Shown: positions 39,235 to 50,605, counted from the stretch's first letter. The stretch is 64,000 nt of DNA from a bacterium (GCA_965209155.1 OZ242383.1:704001-768000); one strand, 5' to 3'. Notes: generated from the sequence alone by a model not told the origin. Numbers and translations are program-made.

Positions 39235-40527
39235 ATGACGGAAAATGCGATATTGAATCTTCCTGACGGAAAATCGATTGAATTGCCTGTGGTCGTGGGT
39301 TCTGAAAACGAACATGCGATCGACATCAGCAAGCTGCGCAGTCAAACGAATTATATAACCCTGGATCCGGGATACGTCAATACGGGTGCTTGTGAGAGCG
39401 CCATCACGTTCCTGGATGGCGAAAAAGGGATCTTGCGCTATCGAGGGATTCCCATAGAGCAATTGGCAGAGAACGCAACGTTTGTTGAAGTGGCCTACCT
39501 TTTAATTTACGGCAAATTGCCCAATCAAAATGAACTGAGTCAATTTTCGAAGGCCCTCAGCAGCCATGCGATGATTCATGAGGAAATGAAGCATTTTTTC
39601 GAGAGCTTTTCCACCAATGCGCATCCCATGGCAATTTTATCGGCAATGGTGGGTTCCCTTTCCGCATATTACAGTGAAGCCTCCGGGGAAGCCAACATGG
39701 CTCAAGTGGATTTGAATGCTGCCCGCTTGATTTCTAAAATTCGCACTTTGGCTGCTTTTTCCTATAAAAAATCACTCGGACAACCATTTATTTATCCCCA
39801 GGACCACTTCTCTTACTGCGCAAATTTTCTGCGAATGATGTTTGCCGTGCCTGCCGAGGATTACCAGTTGGACGAAGACGTGGTGAACACGCTCAATCTC
39901 CTTCTCATTCTTCACGCCGATCATGAGCAAAACTGCAGCACTTCCACGGTGCGGGGAGTGGGAAGCAGCCACGCCAACGTTTACGCTTCGGTTGCTGCCG
40001 GCATCCTGGCGCTTTGGGGCCCTTTACACGGAGGAGCCAATCAACAGGTGATCGAGATGCTGGAACGCATTCGCGCAGAAGGGGGAAATACGAACAAATT
40101 TCTCGAATTGGCGAAAGACAGAAATTCCGGATTCCGTTTGATGGGATTCGGACATCGAGTGTATAAGAATTATGATCCGAGGGCCAAAGTGATTAAAAAC
40201 GCCTGCGACCGGATTTTGCGGAAAATGGGAGTGCAAGATCCGGTATTGGAGATTGCCAGGGAATTGGAGGAGCGTGCACTTGCTGAGGATTATTTCATAG
40301 AACGCAAACTTTACCCCAACGTCGATTTTTATAGCGGTATCATTTACCGCGCAATCGGAATTCCGACCAATATGTTCACGGTGATGTTCGCTCTCGGTCG
40401 CCTACCCGGTTGGATTGCGCAGTGGAAAGAGATGATGGAAAATCCCAAACATCGCCTCGCCCGTCCCCGTCAAATCTATACGGGGTCGACCGTCACGGAT
40501 TTTATTCCGATGGAGCAACGTCCGTGA
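39235..40527 (+). CDS. gltA: Citrate synthase
   Basis: HADHEQN, GPLHGGAN, GFGHRVY, YPNVDFYSG. Confidence 0.97.
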   Translation: MTENAILNLPDGKSIELPVVVGSENEHAIDISKLRSQTNYITLDPGYVNTGACESAITFLDGEKGILRYRGIPIEQLAENATFVEVAYLLIYGKLPNQNELSQFSKALSSHAMIHEEMKHFFESFSTNAHPMAILSAMVGSLSAYYSEASGEANMAQVDLNAARLISKIRTLAAFSYKKSLGQPFIYPQDHFSYCANFLRMMFAVPAEDYQLDEDVVNTLNLLLILHADHEQNCSTSTVRGVGSSHANVYASVAAGILALWGPLHGGANQQVIEMLERIRAEGGNTNKFLELAKDRNSGFRLMGFGHRVYKNYDPRAKVIKNACDRILRKMGVQDPVLEIARELEERALAEDYFIERKLYPNVDFYSGIIYRAIGIPTNMFTVMFALGRLPGWIAQWKEMMENPKHRLARPRQIYTGSTVTDFIPMEQRP

Positions 40528-40580
40528 GTGAGGCCAAGACGCGTTTTCCGGAATACTCGATTCGTTGACGACCATCCGTT

Positions 40581-41444
40581 TCATTTCTTAATGAGCGGGG
40601 CCAACTGTTCCACTGCCTTGGAGCGATTGAGGGCATAGAGATGGATTCCATCCACCCCTTCTTTGATCAGTCCTTCGATTTGCTCCCGCGCAAAATCCAA
40701 TCCGACTTGATACATCGCCGCGCTGTCGCTCTCATGATTGCGTAATTTATCAATCAATCGCCTGGGAACAAAGCATTGGCACATCTCGGCGAAGCGGGTG
40801 ATTTGTGATGCCGACAGGGCGGGCATTACGCCTGCTACCAATGGAATGCTCACTCCCCGGGCCCGGACCCGGTCACGCCATCTTAAAAAAAAATCGTTGT
40901 CCAGGAAAAATTGGGTGACGATGAATTCAGCCCCCGCTTCGATTTTGAGCAGGAAATGTTCAAAATGTTCGTCCGGGTCCGGGGTTTCAGGATGTCCCTC
41001 CGGATAACCTGCGGCACCAATGCCAAAATCACCCCGCTGCTTCACGGCAGTGATCAATTCACAGGCATGAGCAAATCCATTTTCGGGCTTCTTGAAGTGT
41101 GCTTCTCCTCGAGGAGGATCGCCACGAAGAACCATGAGATTTTCTATATTCACTTGCGCTAAATGATTGATCACTTCACGAATTTCTTCTTGAGTATGAG
41201 AGACGCAGGTCAAATGCGCCATGGCTTCAACAGACAATTTATTTTTAATGAAGGAAGCCAGCGCATGGGTGTTGTGGCGCGTTCCTCCACCGGCGCCATA
41301 AGTCACGGAAATAAAATCTGGCGCGTATTTTTGAAATATCGACAACTTTTCCTGGAGAGATATCACCCCTTCTTCTGTTTTGGGAGGAAATATTTCGATG
41401 GAAAATACCGGGGCATGGTGTCGATACAGATCAATGATACGCAT
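40581..41444 (-). CDS. metF: Methylenetetrahydrofolate reductase
   Basis: FSIEIFPPK, SVTYGAGG, AHLTCV, LRGDPP, GYPEGH, TQFF. Confidence 0.95.
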   Translation of the reverse strand: MRIIDLYRHHAPVFSIEIFPPKTEEGVISLQEKLSIFQKYAPDFISVTYGAGGGTRHNTHALASFIKNKLSVEAMAHLTCVSHTQEEIREVINHLAQVNIENLMVLRGDPPRGEAHFKKPENGFAHACELITAVKQRGDFGIGAAGYPEGHPETPDPDEHFEHFLLKIEAGAEFIVTQFFLDNDFFLRWRDRVRARGVSIPLVAGVMPALSASQITRFAEMCQCFVPRRLIDKLRNHESDSAAMYQVGLDFAREQIEGLIKEGVDGIHLYALNRSKAVEQLAPLIKK

Positions 41445-41480
41445 ATCGAATTGTTGATGCTCGATGAAAAAGCGAAACGC

Positions 41481-43844
41481 CTAGAACAGACCACTGATCG
41501 TGAAGTTGAATTTGTCGGGAGATTCTCCAGGGCGCCGGTCCAGTTTTTGTCCGAATTCGAATCGTAAAACCCCAATGGGAGTGATCAGGCGTACGCCGAT
41601 TCCGGTGCTTTGACGGAGGTCGAAGAATTCTGGTTTTTTCTTGCCCAGAAGGGCATATTGCACCGATTCCGCGTTGACGTTTCCCGCGTCATAAAAGACC
41701 ACTCCCCGGATGTTACTGACCGGGTCGCTCTCCAACGGAAAAACGAGTTCCAGGTTAAAGATTCGTTGAGAAATTCCCCCCTCTTCCAATTCGGCGTTTT
41801 CTTGCATCGCATCGTCCGTGTTTTTCCGATAGGGGCCGGCAATGGAGCCAAAATCGTGTCCTCGAACCGTACTGATACCTCCAATGCGGTAACGATCTTC
41901 ATTGGGGATTCTGGTACTTCCGATTTTTTCCAGATATCCCAAACGAGCTTGAGCCATCATGATCAGGGTGCGATCATTGTTGAGCGCCCAAAACTGCCGG
42001 TAGCGAAAGCTATATTCACGGGACTGAGTATTCCCTCCCAAAATCGCGCCACCAGTCTGCACCACAACGAAACGGGTATTGATACCGGCATTTGGAAAAA
42101 TAGGATGATTTTGCGTACTGTACGTGAGTGATGGCGCGAGGGATCGTTTGTATACGTCAGGAGCATCCCCGGTAAATTTTCGATCGACCATGCTGTAGCG
42201 TGTGGAAAATCGTAAATGACGAATAAGGGGATAACCAACGGACAATGAAAAACTGTGTTCCGTCCGGTCACTTTCCGGATTCGAAGCACTGGCGATGTTC
42301 TGACGGGCCAGCGAGACGGAGGATGAAATCCGGGTACCCAGGACCCAAGGTTCCGTGAAAGTCACGCTGAAATTGTTCTGTATTCCTTGCTGCGCAATAT
42401 CAACATCGAAGCGCAACAACTGCCCTCTTCCAAAAAGATTGATTTTCGAAGCAGAAACGCCTGCGGATAATTTAGACACTTCACTGTAACCCAATTGCGC
42501 CTGGAACGTGCCGGTTTGCGCCTCTTTTAAGGCCACAATGACGTCCAGAATATTGTCTTCTTCCTCGGTGGGTTCTTTTTCAAGGACCAATCCGGGTTCA
42601 AAAAATCCGAGCCTTTCCAGGTTTTCCTGGCTCTCTTTCAGTTTCTTACCATTATAGAGCTCTCCTTCCTTGATCTCGAATTCCCGGCGCAAGACGAAAT
42701 CCCGGGTTTCCACGTTTCCGGAAAATTCAATGCGTCCGATGTAGGCTTTTTCCTTTTTGTCGATGTGGTAAGTGACGTGAACCAGACGATTTTCTTCATC
42801 AACACGAGTCCGAGGGGTCACCTGCGCAAAGGCGTAGCCTTGCTCTTGTTGGACTTCACTCAAAATCACTCGGTCCTGATTTTGAAGAAAGGGATTGTAA
42901 ACCCCTCCTTCTTTTAATTCCAACATCGCCAGTAGCAATTCCTTGTCTTCGAGGAACTCTCCGCTGATATCGACTTTCCCGGTGTAAAACCGTCGCCCTT
43001 CATTGATCTCGAGATAAACCTCGAGGCGGCTGAATTCAGGATTGCGAAAGAGGAGCACTCGGGGTTTTTCAATGAAAACCTCGATGAAACCTTCGGCAAG
43101 ATAATTCTGGGAGATCAATTCGAGGTCGTGATTGACTCGCTCTTCTTGAAAAACTCCCGATTCATTGATCCAGGAAAAACAATCGATCTCCGCACTGGAG
43201 ATGAAGCGTTTGATTTCCAGTTCCGAAAAAAATCGATTGCCTCGCGTATGGATGTCGGTGAGAAAAACTTGGGGAGTTTCTTCGATAACGAAATCGACTC
43301 GATAATTTTTTTCCGAAATGGCTTCGCTGCGTGTGGAGACTCTGGTACGGACGTATCCTTTTTTGCGGTAGAGGTTCCGGATGATTTCCTCATCTTTTTT
43401 GATTTTTACCGGATCATAAATGCCTTTGTCTTTAGTTTGTATTGCCTCCTCGAGTTCTGCTTCGTCTATCAAATCAGCACCACTGAATCGAAGAGTCTGG
43501 ACGCGAGGGCGTTCCGTCACCACAAAGCGTAGCAGGAAGCCCGCTTCCTGCTGCTCAGTCTCTACTCGAACATTGTGGAAGAGTCCCATTTGATAAATGT
43601 TTTTGATATCCTGGATGATCCTTTGCCGGTCGATGGTCTGACCCATGCGACTTTCGAGCGTGACGAGGATTTGCGAGGCATTCAATTCAGACGTGCCGAC
43701 CACTTCGATTGCGGAAATAAGCGATTCTTGCGCCCTGCCGTGACTGGTTGCGATTAAAAATAGCGTGAGCGTAAAAAGTACGCTCAACATTGAAATCCGG
43801 ATGCGAGGTCTCCGGATAGTAAGCTCAGTTGTGATCAGGATCAT
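41481..43844 (-). CDS. bamA: Outer membrane protein assembly factor BamA
   Basis: POTRA-like repeats, VRG motif (STVRGH), C-terminal TPIGVLRFEFG...F; downstream of lolD. Confidence 0.9.
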   Translation of the reverse strand: MILITTELTIRRPRIRISMLSVLFTLTLFLIATSHGRAQESLISAIEVVGTSELNASQILVTLESRMGQTIDRQRIIQDIKNIYQMGLFHNVRVETEQQEAGFLLRFVVTERPRVQTLRFSGADLIDEAELEEAIQTKDKGIYDPVKIKKDEEIIRNLYRKKGYVRTRVSTRSEAISEKNYRVDFVIEETPQVFLTDIHTRGNRFFSELEIKRFISSAEIDCFSWINESGVFQEERVNHDLELISQNYLAEGFIEVFIEKPRVLLFRNPEFSRLEVYLEINEGRRFYTGKVDISGEFLEDKELLLAMLELKEGGVYNPFLQNQDRVILSEVQQEQGYAFAQVTPRTRVDEENRLVHVTYHIDKKEKAYIGRIEFSGNVETRDFVLRREFEIKEGELYNGKKLKESQENLERLGFFEPGLVLEKEPTEEEDNILDVIVALKEAQTGTFQAQLGYSEVSKLSAGVSASKINLFGRGQLLRFDVDIAQQGIQNNFSVTFTEPWVLGTRISSSVSLARQNIASASNPESDRTEHSFSLSVGYPLIRHLRFSTRYSMVDRKFTGDAPDVYKRSLAPSLTYSTQNHPIFPNAGINTRFVVVQTGGAILGGNTQSREYSFRYRQFWALNNDRTLIMMAQARLGYLEKIGSTRIPNEDRYRIGGISTVRGHDFGSIAGPYRKNTDDAMQENAELEEGGISQRIFNLELVFPLESDPVSNIRGVVFYDAGNVNAESVQYALLGKKKPEFFDLRQSTGIGVRLITPIGVLRFEFGQKLDRRPGESPDKFNFTISGLF

Positions 43845-44569
43845 GATTTTAAAGGCAGATTTTGGTTCTTAGAAGGAAATTGGATGGGATGCAGCAGTCC
43901 ATCCGCAAGTTCGTACTGAAAATCCATGCTGGTCGCCAATGTGGGATTGTGGGTGATCACGATCAGAGTGATCCCATACTCTTTGTTGAAGTGGAGCAAC
44001 AAATCCACAATTTGTTGTCCCGTCTCCTGGTCCAGATTTCCTGTCGGTTCATCCGTCAGTAGAATTTTTGGAGAATTGGACAAGGCACGAGCAATTGCCA
44101 CTCTTTGTTGCTCTCCTCCCGACAACTGAGAGGGTTTGTGATTAAAACGTCCGTTCAATCCAACTTTTATTAAAAGTTCTTTTGCTTCTTTTCGAGCAAC
44201 TTCCCAGGGTTTGTGATTGATGCGCAGGGGCATGATGACGTTTTCCAAAGCAGTGAAGTCTTGCAACAAGTGATGGAATTGAAAAACAAACGCGACCTTC
44301 TCATTGCGAAAACGAGCGATTTCCTCTCTCCTCATTTGCGAAAGTTCTTTTTCTTCTATTCTGATTTCACCCGAATCGGCTTTATCCAGGCCACCGAGAA
44401 GGTGAAGAAAGGTGCTTTTGCCCACACCCGAGCTTCCCACGATAGCAAGGGTTGCCGCTTTTGGGACCCGGAGGGTCAGTCCTTTGAGGATGCGAAGAAT
44501 GCGACCTTCTCCGTCATGGTAACTTTTATGCAGGTTTGTCACTTCAATTTGGATATCTTCCCTGGTCAT
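43841..44569 (-). CDS. lolD: Lipoprotein-releasing ABC transporter ATP-binding protein LolD
   Basis: GSSGVGKST, FQFHHLL, LSGGEQQRVAIARAL, DEPTGNLD; start uncertain. Confidence 0.85.
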   Translation of the reverse strand: MTREDIQIEVTNLHKSYHDGEGRILRILKGLTLRVPKAATLAIVGSSGVGKSTFLHLLGGLDKADSGEIRIEEKELSQMRREEIARFRNEKVAFVFQFHHLLQDFTALENVIMPLRINHKPWEVARKEAKELLIKVGLNGRFNHKPSQLSGGEQQRVAIARALSNSPKILLTDEPTGNLDQETGQQIVDLLLHFNKEYGITLIVITHNPTLATSMDFQYELADGLLHPIQFPSKNQNLPLKS

Positions 44570-44739
44570 TTTGTAATAGTGAAGGCGATTTTCCCCGTCA
44601 TCCGGTAGAAATTTCAAATTGGGAAACGATTATGAGGCCTACCTCAACCCCTATTGCGTTTCTGCAATAAAAAAGATCTCCTCGGGTTGACGAATTATTA
44701 TTGATGTAAGTGGAACAACCATATCGCCGTGCCAGTCCA

Positions 44740-45990
44740 TTAAAAAGCAGGTAATTTTTTAGGAATGAGCTGCTTTTTCAAACGTCCATACTGCGGAATT
44801 CCGGCAGAAAAAGGAGGAAAGTCTTCTCCTTCGATCAAAGGGCGGCAATATTTGATAAAAGCTTCAGTGATGTCGAAACCGTCTGAACTGATATAGGAAT
44901 CAGGGAGCAATTTTTCTTGATTGGCAATATTCTCAGCGTCCGTATGAGCGACGCTCCAGCGATACGGATCATCGTTTTCCCTGACCAGGATGACCATCTG
45001 ACCATTCAATTGTTCTTTGGCTATCGCCACTGCATGCTGTCCACAAGCAATCGCCTGTTCGAGGTCCACCCGGGAAGACAAGTGCCTGCCGGATCGTTGA
45101 CAGTAATCCAAAACAGCACCATGGGTTTTTAATCCCAAATTTTCTTTGATCAGAGATTGAACTACCTGCGCAACGCCTCCCAGTTGGACATGACCGAATT
45201 GGTCGGTCGATCCGCTTTCGGAAAGAAAACGGCCATCCTCTCCTTTGCTCCCCTCCGAAACGGCAACCACGCAAAATCCATGGCGTGAGACGACTTCTTC
45301 CACTTGAAGCAGGAATCGTTTTTCAACGAACGCTCGTTCCGGGAGCAAGATGAGATGAGGGGGATCGTCTCGCTCACGACGAGCCAGGGCGGTCGCAGCG
45401 GCAATCCAGCCTGCATGCCGGCCCATTGTTTCCATCACAAAGACTTTGGTAGAATCCCGGTACATGGACGCCACATCGATACCTCCTTCCAATATCGAAA
45501 TCGCATTGTATTTTGCAGTGGAACCGAATCCAGGACAATTGTCGGTGACGGGAAGGTCATTGTCCACGGTTTTGGGTACGCCAATAGCGATCAACTCATA
45601 TCCCATTTTTCCGGCAATTCGACTGACTTTGCAGACAGTATCCATGGAATCATTACCACCATTGTAAAAAAAATAGCGAATGTTGTGGGCTTCCAGCACC
45701 CGGACGATTCTTTCAAATTCATGACGATTTTTTTCCAAATCCGGCAGTTTGCGGCGGCATGATCCCAATGCCGCCCCCGGGGTGTAGCGCAATGCTTCTA
45801 CCGTCTGAGGGGACTCTTCCTGTAAATCAATCAAATTTTCCTCGAGGATACCATTGATACCCTGAAATCCACCATAGATTTTGTCGATGAAGCCGGCTTT
45901 CATTGCTTCAGTAATCACACCATATGCAGAACCATTGATGACACTGGTAACTCCCCCTGATTGAGCATAAACCGCATTTCCTTGTAGCAT
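44740..45990 (-). CDS. 6-phosphofructokinase, probably PPi-dependent
   Basis: QSGGVTSVIN, GGNDS, PKTVDND, MGRHAGW motifs. Confidence 0.9.
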   Translation of the reverse strand: MLQGNAVYAQSGGVTSVINGSAYGVITEAMKAGFIDKIYGGFQGINGILEENLIDLQEESPQTVEALRYTPGAALGSCRRKLPDLEKNRHEFERIVRVLEAHNIRYFFYNGGNDSMDTVCKVSRIAGKMGYELIAIGVPKTVDNDLPVTDNCPGFGSTAKYNAISILEGGIDVASMYRDSTKVFVMETMGRHAGWIAAATALARRERDDPPHLILLPERAFVEKRFLLQVEEVVSRHGFCVVAVSEGSKGEDGRFLSESGSTDQFGHVQLGGVAQVVQSLIKENLGLKTHGAVLDYCQRSGRHLSSRVDLEQAIACGQHAVAIAKEQLNGQMVILVRENDDPYRWSVAHTDAENIANQEKLLPDSYISSDGFDITEAFIKYCRPLIEGEDFPPFSAGIPQYGRLKKQLIPKKLPAF

Positions 45991-46211
45991 TTTTCTTCTG
46001 AATAAAGCGAGATGGTTAACGGGATTTCCTGTCCTTCTTATCAGTTCTGCCCGCTTGTTTACTCATTCTCTATGCCAATGACAAGTTTTAAATCCATCGA
46101 TCGTGGATTTGAAGTGGTGCTGTTAACAGCGATGCGCTGCGGCATTTCTGTCTTTTTGGGGTAGAGAGGTTGAGGACGGCTTGTGCGACAAAATGAAATT
46201 TTGATGCCTGT

Positions 46212-46613
46212 TTATTCAGATTTCATCACCAAACGTGTCCATTTGTGAATCCGGTGAATGGCAGCCTGCATTGACATGATCACATCTTCCGTGTTGAGAG
46301 GTTTTTCAAAATAGTCCGTCGCTCCTGCTTTCAGGCATTCAATGACCCTTTGTTTGTTGCTATATGCAGTCATAATGAACACTTGAATCAAACTATTGAA
46401 TCCTTTGATAAAGCGTAACAGATCAATTCCGGACATTCCCGGCAATTGTAAATCGGAAATCACGATATAAAAATCTTCTGATTCAATCAATTCCATTGCT
46501 TCTTCCGCCGTATGAGCAGCCACTACGTCATGACCCAGTTCATTTAAAATTTCACACAACAACAGTGTCATGTTTTTGTCATCATCCACTAATAGAATTT
46601 TCGTGTATTCCAT
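46212..46613 (-). CDS. Single-domain response regulator (receiver)
   Basis: ILLVDDD, SDLQLPGMSG, MTAY, EKP. Confidence 0.9.
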   Translation of the reverse strand: MEYTKILLVDDDKNMTLLLCEILNELGHDVVAAHTAEEAMELIESEDFYIVISDLQLPGMSGIDLLRFIKGFNSLIQVFIMTAYSNKQRVIECLKAGATDYFEKPLNTEDVIMSMQAAIHRIHKWTRLVMKSE

Positions 46614-46931
46614 TGCTCTTCGACGATTGACGTGATTTTACTCCATCAGACTTTTCTTCAAAATTCAGTCTTTTATCAGAAACAGGGATTGCGTATCTTT
46701 CTGTTCAGTGAGGAGTAACTGTTCTTTTTTAAAAATTTATTCCATGAATTTTTCATTTGCAAGATTTATACAAAAGTTGAACTTCCCATCGATCTGCAAG
46801 GTGAAAATGCGAAGGAATCCGCAAAAAAAGCTTCTCCCACTGCAAAACATTTAAACTTTCAACTACAAATCGAGATTGTTATCTTATCCCCGAATGGATG
46901 AAGAGTCACCTGCCTGTTCAAATTGCAATCC

Positions 46932-48074
46932 ATGAAAGCCAGATACGACCCCTTGTTGAGTTTTTGTATAGTGAGCCTGACGTTGTTTGGGACGGTAATG
47001 ATCTACAGCACCAGCGCAGTTTATGCCGAACTGCGTTTTGATACGAGTGGGTATTTCCTGAGGGCACATTTGCTCCATCTCCTGCTTGGATACATTGCCT
47101 TGTGGATCGGGATGCGCATGAATTACTTACTTTGGGAAAAAATGATCCCTTCATTGATGTTGTTCATGCTGTTGTTGCTCGTCCTGGTATTGATTCCGGG
47201 CATCGGACACGAAGTCAATGGAGCGCGCCGGTGGATTCGTTATAATGGAATTGGCATTCAGCCTGTTGAAATCCTCAAGATTGTTCTGATTTTTTATGTC
47301 TCCTCCTACCTGGGACGTAAACAGGAAATTCTGGACTCATTTTTTCGAGGAATCAGCCCGAATTTTATAGTAATCAGCATTTATTTGTTTCTTGTCCTGC
47401 TACAACCCGACTTTGGTACGGTAGTTTTGATTGCGCTTAGCGTGTTATTGATGATTTACGCAGGAGGCGCCAAGCCAATTCATATTTTTGGCAGTGTGCT
47501 TGGATTTTCCATAATTTCCCTGTTGCTGATCGTCAGCCAATCTTACCGGTTACGACGTTTGTTGACCTATCTCAATCCATGGGATGATCCCTTGGATTCG
47601 GGATTTCAAATTATTCAATCTTTCATTGCTTTGGGGACAGGTGGTTGGTTTGGCAAGGGATTGAGCCAAAGTCTACAGAAATTATTTTTTTTACCGGATG
47701 CCCACACTGATTTCATTTTTGCCATCATTGGTGAGGAGCTCGGCTTTTTGCGAGTATGTGGTTTGATTGGCTTATTCGGGATCTTCATCTGGCGAGGTTA
47801 TCAAGCCTCCCGCCATGCCAGAGACCACTTTGGCCGGCATGTCGCTTTTGGAATCACCACTTCCATCAGCTTGCAAATTCTTCTCAATTTGTTTGTGGTA
47901 ACCGGTTTGCTTCCCACCAAAGGACTTCCGCTTCCTTTTATCAGTTTTGGTGGAACTTCATTGGTGGTGACACTTTTTATGGCAGGGCTGCTTTTGAATA
48001 TCGGAAAGGAAATGGTCCCCCGGCATCACAGGGAATCACCAAACTCCTTTTCCAAGAAACCGATTTATTACTGA
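46932..48074 (+). CDS. ftsW: SEDS family peptidoglycan polymerase FtsW
   Basis: NGARRWI, IQPVE, QPDFGT, LPDAHTDFIF, LPTKGLPLPFISFGG. Confidence 0.92.
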   Translation: MKARYDPLLSFCIVSLTLFGTVMIYSTSAVYAELRFDTSGYFLRAHLLHLLLGYIALWIGMRMNYLLWEKMIPSLMLFMLLLLVLVLIPGIGHEVNGARRWIRYNGIGIQPVEILKIVLIFYVSSYLGRKQEILDSFFRGISPNFIVISIYLFLVLLQPDFGTVVLIALSVLLMIYAGGAKPIHIFGSVLGFSIISLLLIVSQSYRLRRLLTYLNPWDDPLDSGFQIIQSFIALGTGGWFGKGLSQSLQKLFFLPDAHTDFIFAIIGEELGFLRVCGLIGLFGIFIWRGYQASRHARDHFGRHVAFGITTSISLQILLNLFVVTGLLPTKGLPLPFISFGGTSLVVTLFMAGLLLNIGKEMVPRHHRESPNSFSKKPIYY

Positions 48075-48184
48075 TAGTCGGACTTGCTCTTGAAAAATAA
48101 TTTCAGTGAGGCCTCTGGTGGCAGAAAAACCGAGTTGGCGACAAACGAATGGGTATGGGTTGAGATTACAAATCGCAAAAGTTG

Positions 48185-48212
48185 TTGACAACTCCTGAAA
48201 AATCGTTAAAAA
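48185..48212 (+). promoter_or_regulatory. Possible sigma70 promoter for the XRE gene
   Basis: TTGACA at 48185 with a weak -10 (TAAAAA) 16 nt later. Confidence 0.3.
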
Positions 48213-48348
48213 TCGGGCAGGTTTTAATGAAGTTCGCTCTCTTATCAAAAGGGTGAGGAGTTCAGAATATGGTGATCTTTTCCCATAAAATCCGGGCTTG
48301 CTTAAAAACTAAATCTAAAATCTGCGTAAAGGAGGTAGAAGTTTCAAT

Positions 48349-48852
48349 ATGAACGATGATATTGCGTCTGCTCATGTAAATAAAGTTGCCTTGGAAAACA
48401 GGGATGACAATCAAGAAATCAGCTTTGGTGAGAAGATGTTGAAGTGGAGGGAGGACACAGGGTTGACTCGTAAGGAACTGGCACGCAAACTCAATGTTTC
48501 CCTGACTGCGGTTAAAAATTGGGAAACCGGTCACTCGACTCCCAAATTGACGAAATATAGTGAAATCGCCAAAGTTCTCAACATCAGCGTGAAAGAGATG
48601 GGATTGGACGCCAATTTGGATTTGACGAAAATTGGAGACCGCATCAAATATGCCCGATTGCTCCGTGGTATGTCGATCGAAGCCTTTTCTTATGAATTCG
48701 GTTTTGCCATCCAAACGGTAAAAAGCTGGGAATCCCATACTGCTGAAGTCACTGAACCTTCCCTGGAACGTATTTCGAGAGCCTTGAACATCCCGAGCCA
48801 TTTCTTTGACATCGAATCCAATCCTGAACAGGTATTGGAGAGTATCTCTTAA
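48349..48852 (+). CDS. XRE-family regulator with two tandem HTH domains
   Basis: LTRKELARKLNVSLTAVKNWETG and MSIEAFSYEFGFAIQTVKSWE; AAGGAGG RBS. Confidence 0.85.
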   Translation: MNDDIASAHVNKVALENRDDNQEISFGEKMLKWREDTGLTRKELARKLNVSLTAVKNWETGHSTPKLTKYSEIAKVLNISVKEMGLDANLDLTKIGDRIKYARLLRGMSIEAFSYEFGFAIQTVKSWESHTAEVTEPSLERISRALNIPSHFFDIESNPEQVLESIS

Positions 48853-49121
48853 ATCACGCCTTCTGATGCGCTTCCTGCGGAGAAGTCCGCTCCCCTGGCA
48901 ATTCTTTTGAATTCCTTTTTTGGTATCAATCTCTTCTCAACCACGAGGAATTCATATTTCGTCATTCCTGACGAATATTGCGCAAATGCCATTGCTCCCC
49001 AAAACGAAAAATTGGGATCATTTTTCGTTCATGCAATCTTCATGTATTCCTGGAACGCATATTCGCGGAATCTCTCTATTTTTAGAAACTGTTTGAAATA
49101 AGTTGAGCTTCCAACTGGGGA

Positions 49122-49961
49122 GGGGTCTGGCTTGAAAATTTGGAAAAGTAGCGTTATTTTTTTCTTCAAATCGATTTGACTTTCCTTTTCGCTTGTTTCT
49201 GAAGATGGCTCGTCAACCACGCCTTTACTATCCTGATGCGCTTTATCATGTGATGCTTCATGGCAATGGAGGGCAATCCATTTTTTTCAGTCCCCCCGAC
49301 TATCGACCATTTTATTGCTCCAAGAAGGTTCCCAACGCTTTGATCACCGGATTCATGTCTTTTGTTTAATGAGCAATCATGTTCCTCCCTGTTCTCCACC
49401 TCTTTCAGGACGGATCATTCATCAAGTGGCTCGAGTTTATCAATTACCGGAGCAGGAATTAACCCGAGTTCGACATAAATCTTCAATAATAGGAGAATCC
49501 TGGCGTATATGTCATTTCGGGCGTAGACCCGGAATCCAGGGGACTTTGCGATAAACTCGATTCCCGATTGAGAGGGGTGGACTGATTCGATACCCTGGAT
49601 TCCTGATCTGAGCGAGGAATGACACAAAGTCATACTGGATTCCTGGTCGCAGCCAGGAATGACATTTTCCGGCCAGGCACAAAAGCGTACTGGATTCCTG
49701 GTCAAGCCAGGAATGACACGGTTCCTCTGCGGTTATGAAAGTCGAGTGAAGTCTGTACGATGATTGGCCTGTTGGCTTTCGATTGAAAGTCCGCCACGAT
49801 TCGGGAGGTCGGAAACGTTTTCAATCGAGATGATTCGACGATCCGCTTTGCAGTGTACCGCTTGAGACGACGATTGAAGGAATCCGAGGGACTCCAAAAT
49901 CAATCAGAGGAACTGAAACGTCAAATACTTGCTTGAAGTTTAAACTTTCAAGCCTTACCCC
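49122..49961 (+). mobile_element. Composite non-autonomous element copy A: deleted RAYT/Y1-type transposase + inserted REP array (3 units)
   Basis: Inverted ends GGGGTCTGGCTTGAAA / TTTCAAGCCTTACCCC; ATG 49205 MARQPRLYYPDALYHVMLHGN..FCLMSNH; decayed C-terminal HTH. Confidence 0.8.
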
Positions 49962-50137
49962 ATTTAGAAAATTCTAACCTTCAGATAAAGATTGTGATGA
50001 TATTCTTTATGGCAATCACAATGCGCGATATTGATACATTTTGATACAAAAAATAACTGTATTGAAATGAATTTTGACCTCCTTTTTGAAATAATATATT
50101 TGATGTTTGACTCAATTTATGAGGAAAGGAGGAATCG

Positions 50138-50605
50138 ATGTTACAAGTTTTAAGCGACACAATTGAGGATTTGCACCCCATAACGGCTCATTTTCCGATT
50201 GCCCTGCTTGTTATCAGTGTGGGATTGAGTGTTGTGACACGATTCAAACCCTATGGCAACTTGCAAGAATCGTCTTGGCTTTTATTATGGATTGGCACGC
50301 TGGGGGCGCTCATTGCCAGTGTCACAGGGGTGATCTCTCATTTCCCCTACGAATCAACTGATTTACATGATGTCATTGAAATCCATCAAATGTGGAGTTT
50401 TGCGGTTACTATTTTTTTCGCCGCCCTGACACTCTGGCGCTGGCGTACTCGTTTAAAGGGGACTGATGCGGGAAATTCCACTTACTATGTCATCCTTGTT
50501 TTGATAGGGCTGATCGGATTAATTATGTCTGGTATGACTGGTGGAGATTTAGTTTACGACCATGGAATTAACGTCAGGGGAGTGAATCCTTTATTAGGTC
50601 TGTAA
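50138..50605 (+). CDS. DUF2231-like membrane protein
   Basis: HPITAHFPIALL and GGDLVYDHG motifs, 4 TM helices, AGGAGG RBS. Confidence 0.75.
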   Translation: MLQVLSDTIEDLHPITAHFPIALLVISVGLSVVTRFKPYGNLQESSWLLLWIGTLGALIASVTGVISHFPYESTDLHDVIEIHQMWSFAVTIFFAALTLWRWRTRLKGTDAGNSTYYVILVLIGLIGLIMSGMTGGDLVYDHGINVRGVNPLLGL

